From the human T2T-CHM13v2.0 reference genome, Homo sapiens: a stretch of DNA of 64,000 nt. The stretch lies in NCBI RefSeq assembly GCF_009914755.1, contig NC_060930.1; one strand, written 5' to 3'. Of the stretch, positions 26,313-41,443 are shown piece after piece (position 1 is the first letter of the stretch; each line of letters opens with the position of its first letter). Made by a program: the position numbers and the translations under genes. The notes under the pieces are model-generated. The model did no database searches and was not told the DNA's origin. It saw nothing but the letters and a program-made list of their open reading frames with translations.

Positions 26313-26723
26313 GTGAAGACAATTACTGGTCATCCCTTGGAGCCTGGATCATTCAAGTTTCTTTTCTTTGGAGTATCTCCCACATCATTTCATTCTGTTC
26401 CTTGTATAGTCAACCCCTGTTTTAATACAGTCTGTATCTTACGTGGTGTTGACATAGGGTCAAGGAGGAAAAAGAGACATATACATCTCCATCAGAATCA
26501 CCTAGGTGCTTATTAAATGCAGATTTCAGAGCCTGTGATCCAGAGTTAGTATCTGGTAGTCAGAATCTAAAGGTGCTTTTCATACACTTTTAATTTTGGA
26601 AACCACTTTTCTAGAACATGCTGTCTTCTTCTAAGACATAGGAATGTGTTTCTAGAAGGCGTCTAAATCATTTGGCAATGGCTTTCCCTTGTGATATTTC
26701 TAAACTCCACCTTCATCCTGCAG

Positions 26724-26828
26724 GAAGCCTATGCTATTTTAAACAGATTTGAAGTTGAAGTAACCAAAGAAGAATCAGAAGCAGTTGATACCTTAAGATA
26801 TTCTTTCAACAAATTGCAGAGCAAAGCT
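26724..26828 (+). CDS. DNAH8: exon, 105 nt, EAYAILNRFE...LQSKA
   Basis: atcctgcag| acceptor, gct|gtaagt donor, phase 0 to 0. Confidence 0.93.
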
Positions 26829-26916
26829 GTAAGTATGAATTTAACTACATTATTTTTTCTTAAGTCACTATCTCCAGAAAAAAAAGGTATTTTATACCTT
26901 TTTAAAGCTTAATATA

Positions 26917-27247
26917 CAGTCATGTGCCACATAACAATGTTTCAGTCAACAACAGACTGCATATACAACGGTGATCTCATAAGATTATAATACTGTATTT
27001 TTACTGATCCTTTTCTATATTTAGATACACAAATGCTTACCATTGTCTAGAATTGCCTTCAGCATTCAGTATAGTAACATGCTGTAGAGGTTTGTAGCCT
27101 AGCAGCAATAGGCCATACCATATAGCCTAGGTGTACAGTAGGCTATCCCTCTAGGTTTGTGTAAGTACACTCAATGATGTTCACACGACAAAATCACCTA
27201 ATGACACATTTCTCAGCCTATTACCATCATCAAGCAATGTGAGACTG
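26917..27247. mobile_element. Tigger3a (MER7)-like TcMar element
   Basis: TA|cagtcatgtgccacataac...gagactg|TA. Confidence 0.85.
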
Positions 27248-27254
27248 TAAATTA

Positions 27255-28850
27255 TTTTAATGGCTTTATTGAGATAGAATACACATACCATAAAGTTTAC
27301 CATTTTAAAGCATACAATTCAGTGTTTTTTAGTATATTCACATCGTTGCTTAACCACCATCATTGTCTAATTTTAAAACATTATCACCCCACAAAGGAAA
27401 CCCCGTGCCCATTAGCAATCACTCCTGATTCTCTCTCTTGCCCCAGCCCTGGCAACCACTAATCTACTTTCTGTTTCTGTGGATTTTCCTTTTCTGGACA
27501 TTTAATGTAGACTAAATCATACAATATATGGTCTTTCGTAACTTGATTCTTTCATTTAACATAATTTTTCAAAGTTCATCCATATTGTCCATGTGCGAGG
27601 ACTTCATTTTCCTAATGCCTAATGAGATAGAGCATGTTCTCATGTGGCCATTTTATTGGTCATTTGTATATCTTATTTGGAGAGATGTGAATTTAAATCC
27701 TTTGCTTGATTTTTAAAAATTTTGTTGTCTTTTTACTTTTGAGTTGTAAGAATTCTTTATATATTATGGATACAAGTTTCTTATCAGATATGTGATTTGC
27801 AAATGTTTTCTCTTCTGTGGGTTATCTTTTCGCTTTATTGATGGTGTCTTTTGATGCACAAAGTTTTTTACTTTGATGAAGTCTAGTTTATCTTTTTATT
27901 GTTGTTGTTGTTGGTGTTTTTGGTATGTTATCTGGGAAACCATTGCCCAATCTAGAGTTACAAAGATTTACTGCCATGTTTTCTTATGAGAGTTTTATAA
28001 CTTTAGCACTTAAATTTTGATTTCTGATACATTTTGAGTTAATTTGTGCATATGGTATAAGTTAGGGATTCGACTTCATATAAAAGCATGTAGATAATCC
28101 AGTTGCATTGACATTGTTTACTGAAAAAACTATCCTTTCACCAACAAATTGTCTTGGTAGCCTTGCTGAAAATCAATTGATCATAGATGTAAGAGTTTAT
28201 TTCAGACTCTCAATTTCTATTCTTTTTATCTATATGCCTATCCTTATGCCAGCACCACACTGTCTTGATTATAGTAGCTTTGTGCTAAGCTTTAAAAAGA
28301 AAATAGTGGCAAAATGCATGTAACATAAAATTTACCTTCTTAACCATTTTAGTAGTGTTAAGTATATTCACATTGCTGTGCAACCAATCTCCAGAACTTG
28401 CAAAAAATCTTGCAAAACTGTTACTCTATTTAAACAACAACTCTCCATTTTCCCCTACCATTTCTAGGTTGCCTGTTCACTCTGCTGATTGTGTCTTTAT
28501 AGTCCTTTCTATTTCTGTTAGGCTGGTAGTGATGTCCCCTTTTTCATTCCTAATTTTAGTAATTTGCATCTTCTCTCCTTTATTCTTACTTAGTTTAGGT
28601 AAAGGTAGTCAATTTTGTCAGTCTTTTCAAATAAAAAACTTTGGTTTGTTGATTTTCTCTATTGTTTTTCTATTCTCTCTACCATTTATTTGTGCTCTAG
28701 TTTTTATCATTTCTTTTCTTCTTGCTCTGGGTTTAATTTGTTCCTCTTTGTTTAATTTGCAAAGTTGAGGTTACTGATTTGAGATTTTTTTTCTTTTAAT
28801 GTAGAACTTGATAGCTACAAATTTCTCTAAGCATTTTTGAAGTTGATAAA
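27255..28850 (-). mobile_element. L1MB-like fragments
   Basis: antisense L1 3'UTR/ORF2 (ggcaaccactaatctactttctg, ttgatgcacaaagttttt). Confidence 0.8.
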
Positions 28851-28856
28851 CATTTA

Positions 28857-29213
<357 letters not shown>

Positions 29214-29680
29214 CTACATCCTTTAATTATACTGAATTTTATAGAATATTAATTAAATTGGACATTGGCTTTAACATTTCTTATTTATGGAAATATTTGT
29301 CACTTATACTGAAGCAAGACATAACAGCAAGGAGACACAAAACTGAAGCTGAGGTCACAGCTTGTGACTATAGCTCCACTACCAGTCAACTGGATGATTT
29401 TATGCAAGTTAATAACATTTGTTTCTCAACTTCTTCTTGGGGTCATTTAGGAAGGATAATTTTTTTATGTGTCTATGAGGCTTACTTGAGGTAATGTATA
29501 TAAAATACTTTTTTGAAAGAAATAAACTCATGTTTATTTAAATTCATATTCAATATTAACTAATAGCTTACTCCTCTTGCTGGTTAGTCAGAGGAGCGAG
29601 TCTTAGAAAAGAAATAGGAAATCTCTGTTGAGGTTTAGTGAAACCCAGTTTTCTGCTATTATATCAATGGAAAAGATTCA

Positions 29681-30004
<324 letters not shown>

Positions 30005-30144
30005 TCACTTAGGTTGTTCCTCTATCTCTTTAATGGTTAGTGTTAAACCCACTAACCCATCCTTTAGCAGAAATAGATTGTTCTATACTACAGTCACCAT
30101 TAAACTTGAGGTAATATATGTTCCAATCTAAAGATAGCTGCTAT

Positions 30145-30400
30145 TGTTGAGAGCAGTTAATAGCAGGGGCCCTGGAACTACACAGCCAGGTTTTGAATCT
30201 TGACTTTGCCTGATGCTGGTGGTGGGACTTTGGAGAAGTTACTTAGCCTCTCTGTACCTCAGTTTTCTCAACTGTAAAATGGTAATCATATTAGCATATT
30301 ACAATTTTCTTCATAGGGTTGTTACAAAGATTAAAAGAGTTAACATATATAAAGAGCATGGCAGATAGCAAGCATTATTTAAGTGCTGGCAATTATTATT
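30145..30400 (+). mobile_element. MIR
   Basis: aagttacttagcctctctgtacctcagttttctcaactgtaaaatgg. Confidence 0.8.
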
Positions 30401-30861
30401 GAAGGTTTAAGCAGAGTATTTCAGGACCATTGTGTAGGGTATTTGCTATTTTTTTTTAATACCTAGAGTAATATCACTTTCTTTTAGGAATTTGCTCCAA
30501 TGACTGCAGGCATGTGACCTTATTAGAGATTGCTAATCCCAAGTCTTGGCCTAGCCCCACAGACAACATGTGACCCAGACCATGCCAATAATAGTATCTG
30601 TCTCCCATGTCACAGTGATGGCCTGAACTGGATCAACCAGAAACAGTTACAGAGAAATTGGCTTTGCCTCTTGAGTCAGGCTAGAATGATTTGAGTCTCC
30701 TGTAGGTTCATTTGGGTTGTTAATATATTTTATTACAAGCAAACAGAGACTTCCTTGTTCATATAGGATATCTGTGAGATACACTTGTTGGAATAGAATT
30801 GTAATTTTTGTTTTTAATATGTTACTTTCACTCTCAGGTTGAATATTCTTTTTTATTGTAG

Positions 30862-30975
30862 GTTTCAGTACAAGAGGACCTAGTTCAAGTGCAGCCAAAG
30901 TTTAAAAGCAATCTACTTGAGTCTGTGGAAGTTTTTCGTGAGGACGTGATAAACTTTGCAGAAGCATATGAATTG
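30862..30975 (+). CDS. DNAH8: exon, 114 nt, VSVQEDLVQVQPKFK...AYEL
   Basis: tttattgtag| acceptor, ttg|gtaatt donor, phase 0 to 0. Confidence 0.92.
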
Positions 30976-31132
30976 GTAATTTAAGTATTTTCTTGCTGTA
31001 TGTTGAAATGTTCTGTGATGTGTTTATATGAAATGAAAGTGATGAACCCTGAGGAATAGGTACGTTGCATGTATGTGGCTATATTTGCGTATTTGCAGCT
31101 ATCAGAAAAAGGGGATAGCTAATCCTTTAAAC

Positions 31133-31353
31133 CAGGGATGTCCAATCTTTTGGCTTCCTTGGCCATATTGGAAAAAGAAGAATTTTTCTGGGCCACACAT
31201 AAAATACGCTAACACTAACGATAGCTGATTAGCTTTTAAAAATTGCAGAAAAATCTCATACTGTTTTAAGAAAGTTTATGAATTTGTGTTGGGCTGCATT
31301 CAAAGCTGTCCTGGGCTTCATGTGGCCTGTGGGCTGTGGGTTGGGCAAGCTTG
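31133..31353. mobile_element. MER30 hAT-Charlie element with 8-bp TSD
   Basis: cagggatgtccaatcttttggcttcc...ggcaagcttg; TSD ctttaaac / ctttaagc. Confidence 0.88.
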
Positions 31354-31770
31354 CTTTAAGCAAATTTTATAGAGAAAGAAAACAGATTTTACTGTTAAAA
31401 GGAGCAACAACTTTGGAGATTGTGGAAGGAACAAAGGGTCTGGTTTTGTCTTTTCTCGGGGGCTGAATTCTCATGGTAGAAAATGTAATATAGTTGTTGG
31501 AAGGCCGTGAGAAACTATAAACTTCTAATACCAGGATATTATGCCATTGATTTTGCATTCTCACTAACTCTTAGAGAACCAAAAAGGTCCCTAAGAATAA
31601 ATAATAGATGTCATACTGGGTCAGTCCCGTATGCTACTCAAACTGGTATTCTGACTGATAATGTTGACCTTGAAGTTAAACTCAAGACTGAATATGTTCC
31701 CCTGAAATATTCTTTCTTTTAGTGGTCACAGTGGATCTGTATTCATAAGATGATTTAAGCCCTTGGTGCT

Positions 31771-32025
31771 ACTTATATAATGCTTTTTTTTTTAACATGT
31801 GCTAAACATATCTGTTGATTTGCTGCCTCATTCTATTGTTAAAGTAAATCTAAAATGGAGACCAGGTCTGAAGAGTCCCTGAACAGACACAGCCAGTCAC
31901 TTATATAATGTTTTTTTTTTAACATGTACTAAACATATCTGTTGATTTGCCCCCTCATTCTATTGTTAAAGTAAATTTAAAATGGAGACCAGGTCTGAAG
32001 AATCCCTGAACAGACACAGCCAGTC
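31771..32025. repeat. ~128-bp tandem duplication
   Basis: 31771-31898 vs 31899-32025, about 6 differences. Confidence 0.95.
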
Positions 32026-32375
32026 AGGCTTCTTAAGTTACCTTGCCCTTCCACAATTTGCAGACATAAGCAAATCTGAACACACTATTTCTTATAAATG
32101 CCTATATTAGAAACAGCTTAACTAATCAGAAGCCGCAAACAAGCCCATAATTATATAACTGGGGACTTTCCAGCAGGATAGACCAAAGAAGACAACTTTA
32201 TAAATGAAACCAATAAAATGTTTTCTTTGCATTACTTCTGTGCTCACTCTGTAAAAGCCTTCTGCAGTGGAGACCCTGAACCAAGTCTAGTTGGGAGTTT
32301 CCCAATTTATGAATTACTGTGTGCTCAGATAAACTTAAAAAAAAAATTATTGGGCCTCAGTTTACTTTTTAAACA
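31964..32375 (+). mobile_element. ERV1-class solo LTR (MER57/MER93-like)
   Basis: TG...CA termini with 4-bp TSD ctat (31960-63 and 32376-79). Confidence 0.75.
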
Positions 32376-33118
32376 CTATTATATTGGGAATCTAGTCTAT
32401 TATTTAGTATATCTATCATATCATGATTGACCATGTTAATATACTTAATAGCCTTCATTTTTCCATTGGGAGTAGCCCCTGTTATTTTAATTTGTTGCTA
32501 TAAATTCATTTATTCCTTTGCTTATTTTGGGGAGTGTTTTTGAGGATTATTTTGCAACTGTGTTCTGGTTCATAGCCACCAGACACTGCTTTCTGCTTCT
32601 TCCAAATATTCAATTTACATGTGTCCCTATTTCCATATTGGGCTGAACAGTTATTAAAAAGAGGATGTTCTCAGAACTCTGTATCAGTTATTCTAATGCA
32701 CAAACACAGCATCATCATTTGTAATCATAAATGAAATTTGGCAGAGCCCTTGGGGTACACACTCCATATAGAATGTAATTTTGTCACATTTTTTATTAGC
32801 TCTGTCAAGGTCCTTTAAAAATGAATGGAAGATAGAGTGATGAAAATGTTCTAAATGATTGTGGTCATGGTTGCACAACCCTGTGAATGTACTAAAAATC
32901 ATTGACTTGTACACTTTAAATGAATGAATTGTATAGTATGTGAATTCCATCTCAATAAAGCTGTTAGAAATAAATAAAAGCTTCAAGTACAGGACACAAT
33001 TAAATAATTTAAATTAAAAAAATGCTTGTTTACTTAAATGGAAATAATAGATAAACCCAATAAACTGACAAATACATATGATTAAGAATGAAAATGGAGA
33101 TTATATTCTTCCTTACAG

Positions 33119-33181
33119 GAAGGACCTATGGTTCCAAATATACCACCCCAAGAAGCTAGCAACAGGCTACAGATATTTCAG
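33119..33181 (+). CDS. DNAH8: exon, 63 nt, EGPMVPNIPPQEASNRLQIFQ
   Basis: ttccttacag| acceptor, cag|gtgaaa donor, phase 0 to 0. Confidence 0.92.
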
Positions 33182-33879
33182 GTGAAACCACATTTTTTTT
33201 GTTACATCGACAATGTGTAATTTAAAAAATTATTTTGGGGAAAGATGGAGGTTTTACTTTTTAATAGAAAAGTTTGTATTTCAAGTACATCAGTCCTTAA
33301 TTGTATTCTAATCTGCTAAATGATGCAATTGACTCCTCTGTCTCCCTCCATGCTCCTCTCCACAGAATAGCTCTCTGTATTTTTAGAGAATAAGACTGAT
33401 TCTCAACTTAAGAATATAACTTATTTTAGTTCTAAGCATTTCATTTGATATGTAAAGTAATAAGAAATCATAGTATAGTAAAATTTATCAAAATAATATT
33501 TTAAATATTGGCAAATGTTTTCCCTCTGTATTCATTATTTTGTCTTCCTTTTGCATCCATCTCTTTAAGTTTCCCTACTTCTTTGTCCTATCTCCTCTGC
33601 CTGTACAATACTCATTGGATCAGGCCAACCATTCACCATCTTTTTCTACACTCGGATTGCTGAGCGCGTCTAGAGAAAGTTCACACATCCACATGGATTA
33701 ATACTTTGCAAATTCATGGATTCCTATGTGAACTTCCTCCTCAGGAGCATCAAGCAATTCTCTTCTTTGCTCCTGCTCTTTTTCCTGTTTCCCACAGTGG
33801 CTGAATAGTGTGATTAGTTCTTTTCATGTCCCCTTTCCCACCTGCATTCTTAGTAATCAAAAAAAAAAAAAAAAGATCA

Positions 33880-34760
33880 GATGCCTACTGTGTGGCTTGC
33901 TCAGGAGAAATTTGATGAAGAAGTGGTTCTTACCTCTAAGCTGCTAAAATCTGATAGAGAGATAGCAAGCTAGAGAGAAAACTGCAAGTGCGATGAGAGC
34001 TGTGACCTAGGTATGTGAAATTGTGTAATGGAAACAGATGGGCTGTTAGAGCAGATGGAGAAGGCTTCCTGAAAGAGGAAGAATCTAAGCTGCATCTTGA
34101 AGGACTAATTAGAGTTAGCCAGGGGAAGACGGAGGGGAAAAAGAAAGTTAGGCAGAATTTGCAGCTCATACAAAGGCCCGGCAGAGAGGAAACTAGTAGG
34201 GCAATATGGGGAGATGTAAGGAGTGCAGGGTGGGGTCGTGTACCTTTGGGATGCGGTACTAAAGAGGATAGTGGTGAGGAACGAGGTGACAGAGTGGGCA
34301 GCGAGCACCAGTGGAGGGCCCGGTAGGCAACAATAAGGAGTCTGAATTCTATCTTGAGGGTTGGAGGGTTCTAAGCAGGGAGTGATATGATCATACTTGA
34401 ATTTTTAAAATAGTTGGTTTTTTAAAGATTTTTAGTGGTACTAATGTAGAGACTGGTTTGGAGAGAGGAAGATCAAACTGAGGGCAGTTTTGGTAGTAAA
34501 AGCAAGAAATTGTAAAGAGGGAGACCAAGCAAGTGACACCTGTATAATGAAGAAAATTGGATGGATCATGAATTTATTAACGAAGCAGAATTGACGGGCC
34601 TGAAACCTGGTTTGAGGGAAAAAGTTAAAGGTTTCCAACTTGGGCATATTGACGAAGGTAGAACTACTTATCGAAGGAGGGCATGTAGTAGGAGGAGTAG
34701 CTTTGGGGCTTGTTTGAGCGGATGACCTTGTTTTCAAGTTTGCAGAGAAAATTTAGGGCA
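33880..34760. mobile_element. L2 LINE fragments
   Basis: gaaggcttcctgaaagaggaa..tctaagctgcatcttgaagga, agcagggagtgatatgatc. Confidence 0.65.
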
Positions 34761-34839
34761 TGTGATGTAAACCAACTGATTAGTCAGCAACTGGGACATT
34801 ATGTGCCAAGATTTTACCCAGGGGTGTGGTTGCTAATGT

Positions 34840-35071
34840 AGCCAGGTATTGTGGCATGTGCCTGTAATCCCAGCTACTCAGGAGGCTGAGGCAGGAGAAT
34901 TGCTTGAACCTGGGAGGCGAAGGTTGCAGTGAGCCAAGATTGCACCACTGCACTCCAGCCTGGGCAAGAGAGCAAGACTCCATCTCAAAAAAAAAACAAA
35001 ACAACAACAACAAAAAAACCCAACAAAACAACAACAACAACAAAAAAACCATCTCAAAAAAAAAAAAAAAA
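34840..35071 (+). mobile_element. Alu right arm with compound double tail
   Basis: single arm; ccatctc(A)n occurs twice. Confidence 0.85.
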
Positions 35072-36481
35072 GGCAATGTAGGGCACATCTTTTGCCTTTC
35101 TGTACCTTCTGTTCTGCCTGTCTCTCGAGGTGTGAGCCAAACAGGCTGTTTGGCATGCACTTCACTGGGATATGTGACTTGAGGTCAGATTTGTAGACAC
35201 AACCCTTTTCAAAATGAGATGTACTCCAACCCCCTAAAAAAAACAGGTGCCAAAGGCTGGATGTGTGAAGGCAGAGGTGCCTTATATTGGGCCTTGGGTC
35301 CTGATGGTGCTCTCTCATGCAAATTTATTTTGGGGAGTTCTTGGGCACCCTGCTGGCCTGTTGACAAAGCTGATACTTTATTCCTGTTCAGCTGATGCTG
35401 TGGGTGTTTTTATGTTACTTGCAACCTGAAGGAAAAAAAAGGTGAGTGATTAGCATCCATCAATAGTCTTTACACATTGATGAGTTTTTAAACACCATTA
35501 TTTTAATGTATTCTAACTTTAGTGTTATTGTTTATCCTTCCTTAGTGTTCACATAGTCCCACTCTTCATAGTGAAGAGTCCTATGGACTCTTCATTCAGT
35601 ACATTTATTGAATAACCACCATGCCAACCACCAAGGAATACACAAAGTACAAAATATGGCACTTGCCCTCTAGGAACTAAGAGTTCATTCGAGTTCACCT
35701 GGTATCTTCATGCCTTCCTGATCTGGGTCCTGTAAAATATACTAACGTATCTGTCAGATCTGTATTTTTGTCTAAGCCTTGTGAGGTCTGATGCTGGATA
35801 TTCTCCAGGGCTGGGAATTTAGGGTTCTCGGGAATATGCTGTACCACTTACACAGAGTGCTCATATGTCCTCACAGATGGGTTACTTCTGTTGGCATTTG
35901 TGCTTTGAACATTGCTAATATTTAGCATCCCAAATATAGGATATTCAAATCCCAATTCAAAAGGAAAAATTAAAAGACATGTGCATTAACTTTGGTGATT
36001 TAAGTTGTTAGAATTATTTCAAATGGTGTTAAAATTGGATCTTCTTTTTTATAGACTCTTCATTGCATGTACAGAAAACAGGACTGAATGGATTAGACTA
36101 ACACTTTGCTCATTTGAGCCCTGTAGGATAGAGATGGCCAGTCTAAATTACTGAAAAATCCTGAATTGTAGAGTTTTAAAAATGCAGCTTTATTACTTTT
36201 AGATGTACTTATGGGAACTCGAAATATAGGCCTTCTGGAGAAGAAGAAGAAATAATTTTATATAAAATGAATGCTTTTAGAATGCTTGAAAGCGAACTTT
36301 CCTAAGTGTTTAACTTTTTCTCTGATAGCTTGGTATCAGTATAAATTTGCTTCACAAATCCTTATTTTATAGCTATTACTTAATAAACCTCAACCTAGCT
36401 TTTATCCCAATGAAAATAAATTCCACTTTAATTCTACTGAATTAATTGTATTTTAGTACAATTTAAAAACCTTTGTTACAG

Positions 36482-36582
36482 GCCAGTTTCGATGATCTGT
36501 GGAGGAAATTTGTTACGTATTCATCTGGTGAACAACTTTTTGGATTGCCTGTGACTGATTATGAGGTTTTACACAAAACCAG
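36482..36582 (+). CDS. DNAH8: exon, 101 nt, ASFDDLWRKFVTYSSGEQLFGLP...HKT(R)
   Basis: ttgttacag| acceptor, cag|gtaagt donor, phase 0 to 2. Confidence 0.93.
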
Positions 36583-36915
36583 GTAAGTTTAGAAAATAAG
36601 CAAGTATTACATGCAAATAATTAAATACTATCTATTAGAAGAATCATGTCACCATTAAATCCTTTATCATGCAGAGGACACTACAGCTTGGAGCACAACT
36701 GAATATTCTCCTTATTCCAGCTATTCTTTACAAATTGGACACACAGTCTCCTATACAAAAGAAACGTTCTAGGGGAGTAAAAAATATGTTGCTAAAATTT
36801 TGAGCATGCATGGTCTATATTTAGCCTATGCTTTACTTTTTCTTTTGACTGTTTTTGCATAGTGTCAGTGATTATGCAGAAGCACAGCAATTTTGAGTAA
36901 CTTTTGTTTATTTAG

Positions 36916-37236
<321 letters not shown>

Positions 37237-37595
37237 CTCCCCTTGCCTTCTTACTCCATTTGTGGTAAAATGCTCTTCCCCATTGGGTAGACATAGAATT
37301 TATTGAGATTGACGTCCAAATAAGCTAATTGATTATAAACCACACATATAAACAAGTGTATTTCAATCAAATTTTAGAATATTCTTAAAGAATTTGAAAT
37401 ATAACTTTCCTTAAAAGCAACATTAATACAGTGATAGTATTAGCTCATTAGAGTCTTGGCTTTAGAAAATAAGTTTATGTTGACTTCCTTCAAAGCCACA
37501 ACGTGAAAATTTCATGAAAATAGACATGAAATTTTCTGAAGAGAAATGAATGCTTCAGCCATTTAGGGTAGGTGGTTTGTATTCTCTTTCTAAAA

Positions 37596-37762
37596 CAGTC
37601 ATTCTCCAAACGTAATCCATTAGCCAATTGTGTTAGAATTGCGGATGTCTGGCCCTCATTTCTGATTTACTGAATCAGAACCTCTGGGATTGGGTCCCAG
37701 AAAATCTGCATTTTACACACTCTCCAGGTGACTGTGATGCACACTCAGCCTGAGATCCAATG
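37596..37762. mobile_element. MER5A/B-like hAT element
   Basis: tactgaatcagaacctctggg...aatctgcattttaca...ccaggtgactgtgatgcacact. Confidence 0.7.
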
Positions 37763-37895
37763 CGTTCACCCTCAGGCTAGCAGGAGAAATCATCATCACC
37801 ATTTACCATCTGGACCAACAGACCATTTTCATTTTGATATTTTAAATTTTATGAATAATTTTAGAGAATGGTGAGAATGGTGAGAAGCTTTGAAG

Positions 37896-38196
37896 TTTTT
37901 TTTTTGTTTGTTTTGTTTTTTTTTTGAGACAGGATCTCACTCTGTTGCTAGTACTGGAGTGTAGTGGTGGAATCACTCGACTTCCGTAGTTCAAGTGATC
38001 CTCCTGCCTCAGCCTCCCAGGTAGTGGGGATTATAGGTGCATACCACTGGGCCCAGGTAATTTTTAAAAAATTTTTTATACATACAGGAGTCTCCTTATG
38101 TTGCCCAGGCTGGTCTTGAACTTTGGGGCTCAAGTGATCCTCCCACCTCGGCCTCCCATTGTGTTGAGATTTCAGGTGTGAGCACCCGCACCCAAC
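37896..38196 (-). mobile_element. AluJ
   Basis: antisense dimer. Confidence 0.88.
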
Positions 38197-38206
38197 CGAG
38201 AAGCAC

Positions 38207-38499
<293 letters not shown>

Positions 38500-39676
38500 T
38501 GAAGAAGCACTTTTATTAGAAGATTTAATAATAATTTAAGCAGAGTAAACTCAAACTTTTATTCTGTAATATCCTAGTTTGAAGATGTATATATACAAAA
38601 TGGGGACCAGCACTGAATGAGACTAACTCCTCATCGGCTGTCATGTGTGAACCTGGAGCATATCCATGCTGTAAATATGGATTTCATATTTTAAATCATC
38701 TCCAATGGATCTGTGGCTTATCATTAATTCTGACTTTTCTTGCACTTGCATTGTCAAGACTCAAAGCTGTTGAAAACTCGGACAGTCATCATTTTTTTAA
38801 GAGAAGACTGTCATCTGTTTTGCTTCATAAATATTGAAGACTTTACTTTTAGATTTGAATGATCAATTCCAAGAAATTTTAAATTTCTAAATCATCTATT
38901 TCCTTGAATACACATCTGACTTCAACATTTGTCCACTTATGAAATGTATCAAATACAACTTATGTAAATATAAATAATGAAGGAACACTGTCACTTATCT
39001 TTTTCACAAAATGGAATAGTTTAGGTTCTTGTTGCAAAATATTGCATGATAAGGCCCTTATTTCTATTGAAGTCTACGGAAATATATTGTTTACTTATAA
39101 ATTACTGGATTTTATAAAATTCATCTAGGTTATGATCATCTGAAGACATAGTATGAGATTTCACATATTAATCAATTTCACCATCAAAAGGGAATGCTGC
39201 TTTCTCTTTCCTGTTTAATACTTGGGAAACACATTTCTTTGTCAATTTTCTTCTCTTTACCCTTTTAGGTAGAAAATGAAAAATTCTGAATTCTTAACTG
39301 TATTAAATGAAAGCAACTGTATTAAACAAGCAAAAATCAAAAGACAACAAAAATGGTGTCTCTGGCATTCTTTTTATATACTTTTTTGAAAGATTTTGCA
39401 ATACTTTATGTTATACAGTAAGAAGCCTGGAGGATGATGCAGTAGTCATTTTTTTTTCACTGTTGCATTACCCTTTAGGCAATGTCATCATTCTCTTTTC
39501 TTATTTTTTTTAGTCATTTTTAGCATAGTTGAGAATAATAATAAGTGGTAATGAAATAATTCTAAGAATGATGAAAAATGAATCAAGAATTGAAAAAATA
39601 GGACAACTAAGATTGCAGAATGTGTCTTAGATTTGTAAAATCTACTACGCCTACATGGTAATTACAAGATAGAATG

Positions 39677-40002
<326 letters not shown>

Positions 40003-40265
40003 TCATTACAAAATTTATTTTTGGTTTTTGAAGTATCTCTGATGAAGAATAAAAGTTGTGAATGTCAATCCTTATAAATAAACTTGAAAACTAAAACTGA
40101 ATCCAGTAGAACCTTATGGCATACTAAGGGCTGAGGAATTTCTGGGAGAATCCACAAATTCTGTTGAGTGGTCAATTTGGTGTTTTACACATTTAAGAAT
40201 TTTCCTTTACTTGGACCTTTTATTCTTGTTTTAAACACAGTAACTTCATCTGGGCACATGTGGGA

Positions 40266-40546
<281 letters not shown>

Positions 40547-40907
40547 TGAAACCTTAGCCGCAGCTATGACCTTATCATTAAGTTTTGGTCACATTGTTTG
40601 CAATGATTGGTATAGTAAGTTTCTCATTAAAAAGTAGCAAGATTTTTTTTCTTTACAGAATAAACCATTTGCTAATGTCAAGTTATAGTCTGACTTGGAA
40701 TATTTGGGAGCAGTAAACTTGGCCTTAATGACAGATCTTTAACGAAGTCTTTGTATTGAAAATGGATATAGTTGTATGCATTTGGTATCTATAAGACATT
40801 GTACACGCAATGTATGAAATATTTGATTGGATGAACTCTGCCTTTCCAATAATGGACTTTATTAAATATTATACATGATGTGATAACTTAGTTACTTTGT
40901 TTCCCAG

Positions 40908-41045
40908 AAAAGAACTCAACTTGCTGCAGAAGCTGTATGGATTGTATGACACCGTAATGAGCAGTATTAGTGGTTATTATGAAATACTTTGGGGAGATGT
41001 AGATATTGAAAAAATTAATGCAGAACTGCTGGAATTTCAAAACAG
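40908..41045 (+). CDS. DNAH8: exon, 138 nt, [13 protein letters not shown]...EFQN(R)
   Basis: tttcccag| acceptor, cag|gtgagt donor, phase 2 to 2. Confidence 0.93.
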
Positions 41046-41202
41046 GTGAGTTTCAATGGAATTTTTTATAATGCCTGTCTTCTTAGGATCCTATAGGTAT
41101 TTCAGAAGCTAATTTATTCCCTAATATAATAGTGTATATACATAAAACCTTCCTCAAATAAATGTGAAGGTGGCATATTTTTTTTCTCTTTCTTTCTGAA
41201 AG

Positions 41203-41443
41203 ATGTCGTAAACTTCCAAAAGGACTTAAAGATTGGCAAGCTTTTTTGGATCTCAAAAAGAGAATTGATGATTTCAGTGAGTCATGTCCTCTACTGGAAA
41301 TGATGACCAATAAGGCCATGAAACAGAGACACTGGGATAGAATCTCCGAGTTAACTGGAACCCCATTTGATGTGGAATCTGATTCTTTTTGCCTTAGAAA
41401 TATCATGGAAGCACCACTCCTTAAACATAAGGATGATATTGAG
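41203..41443 (+). CDS. DNAH8: exon, 241 nt, [14 protein letters not shown]...HKDDIE (linker-proximal DHC_N2 region)
   Basis: tctttctgaaag| acceptor, gag|gtacat donor; AMKQRHW motif; phase 2 to 0. Confidence 0.93.

Noticed and set aside
26026-26516. Poly-K/poly-F ORFs and a possible retrocopy tail at the T39 tract
   Set aside because: Artefact of the homopolymer; no TSD or recognisable retroposed body found
28355-28768. 137-aa hydrophobic ORF resembling a membrane protein
   Set aside because: T-rich antisense L1 sequence yields Phe/Leu-rich chance ORFs; no ATG start or splice support
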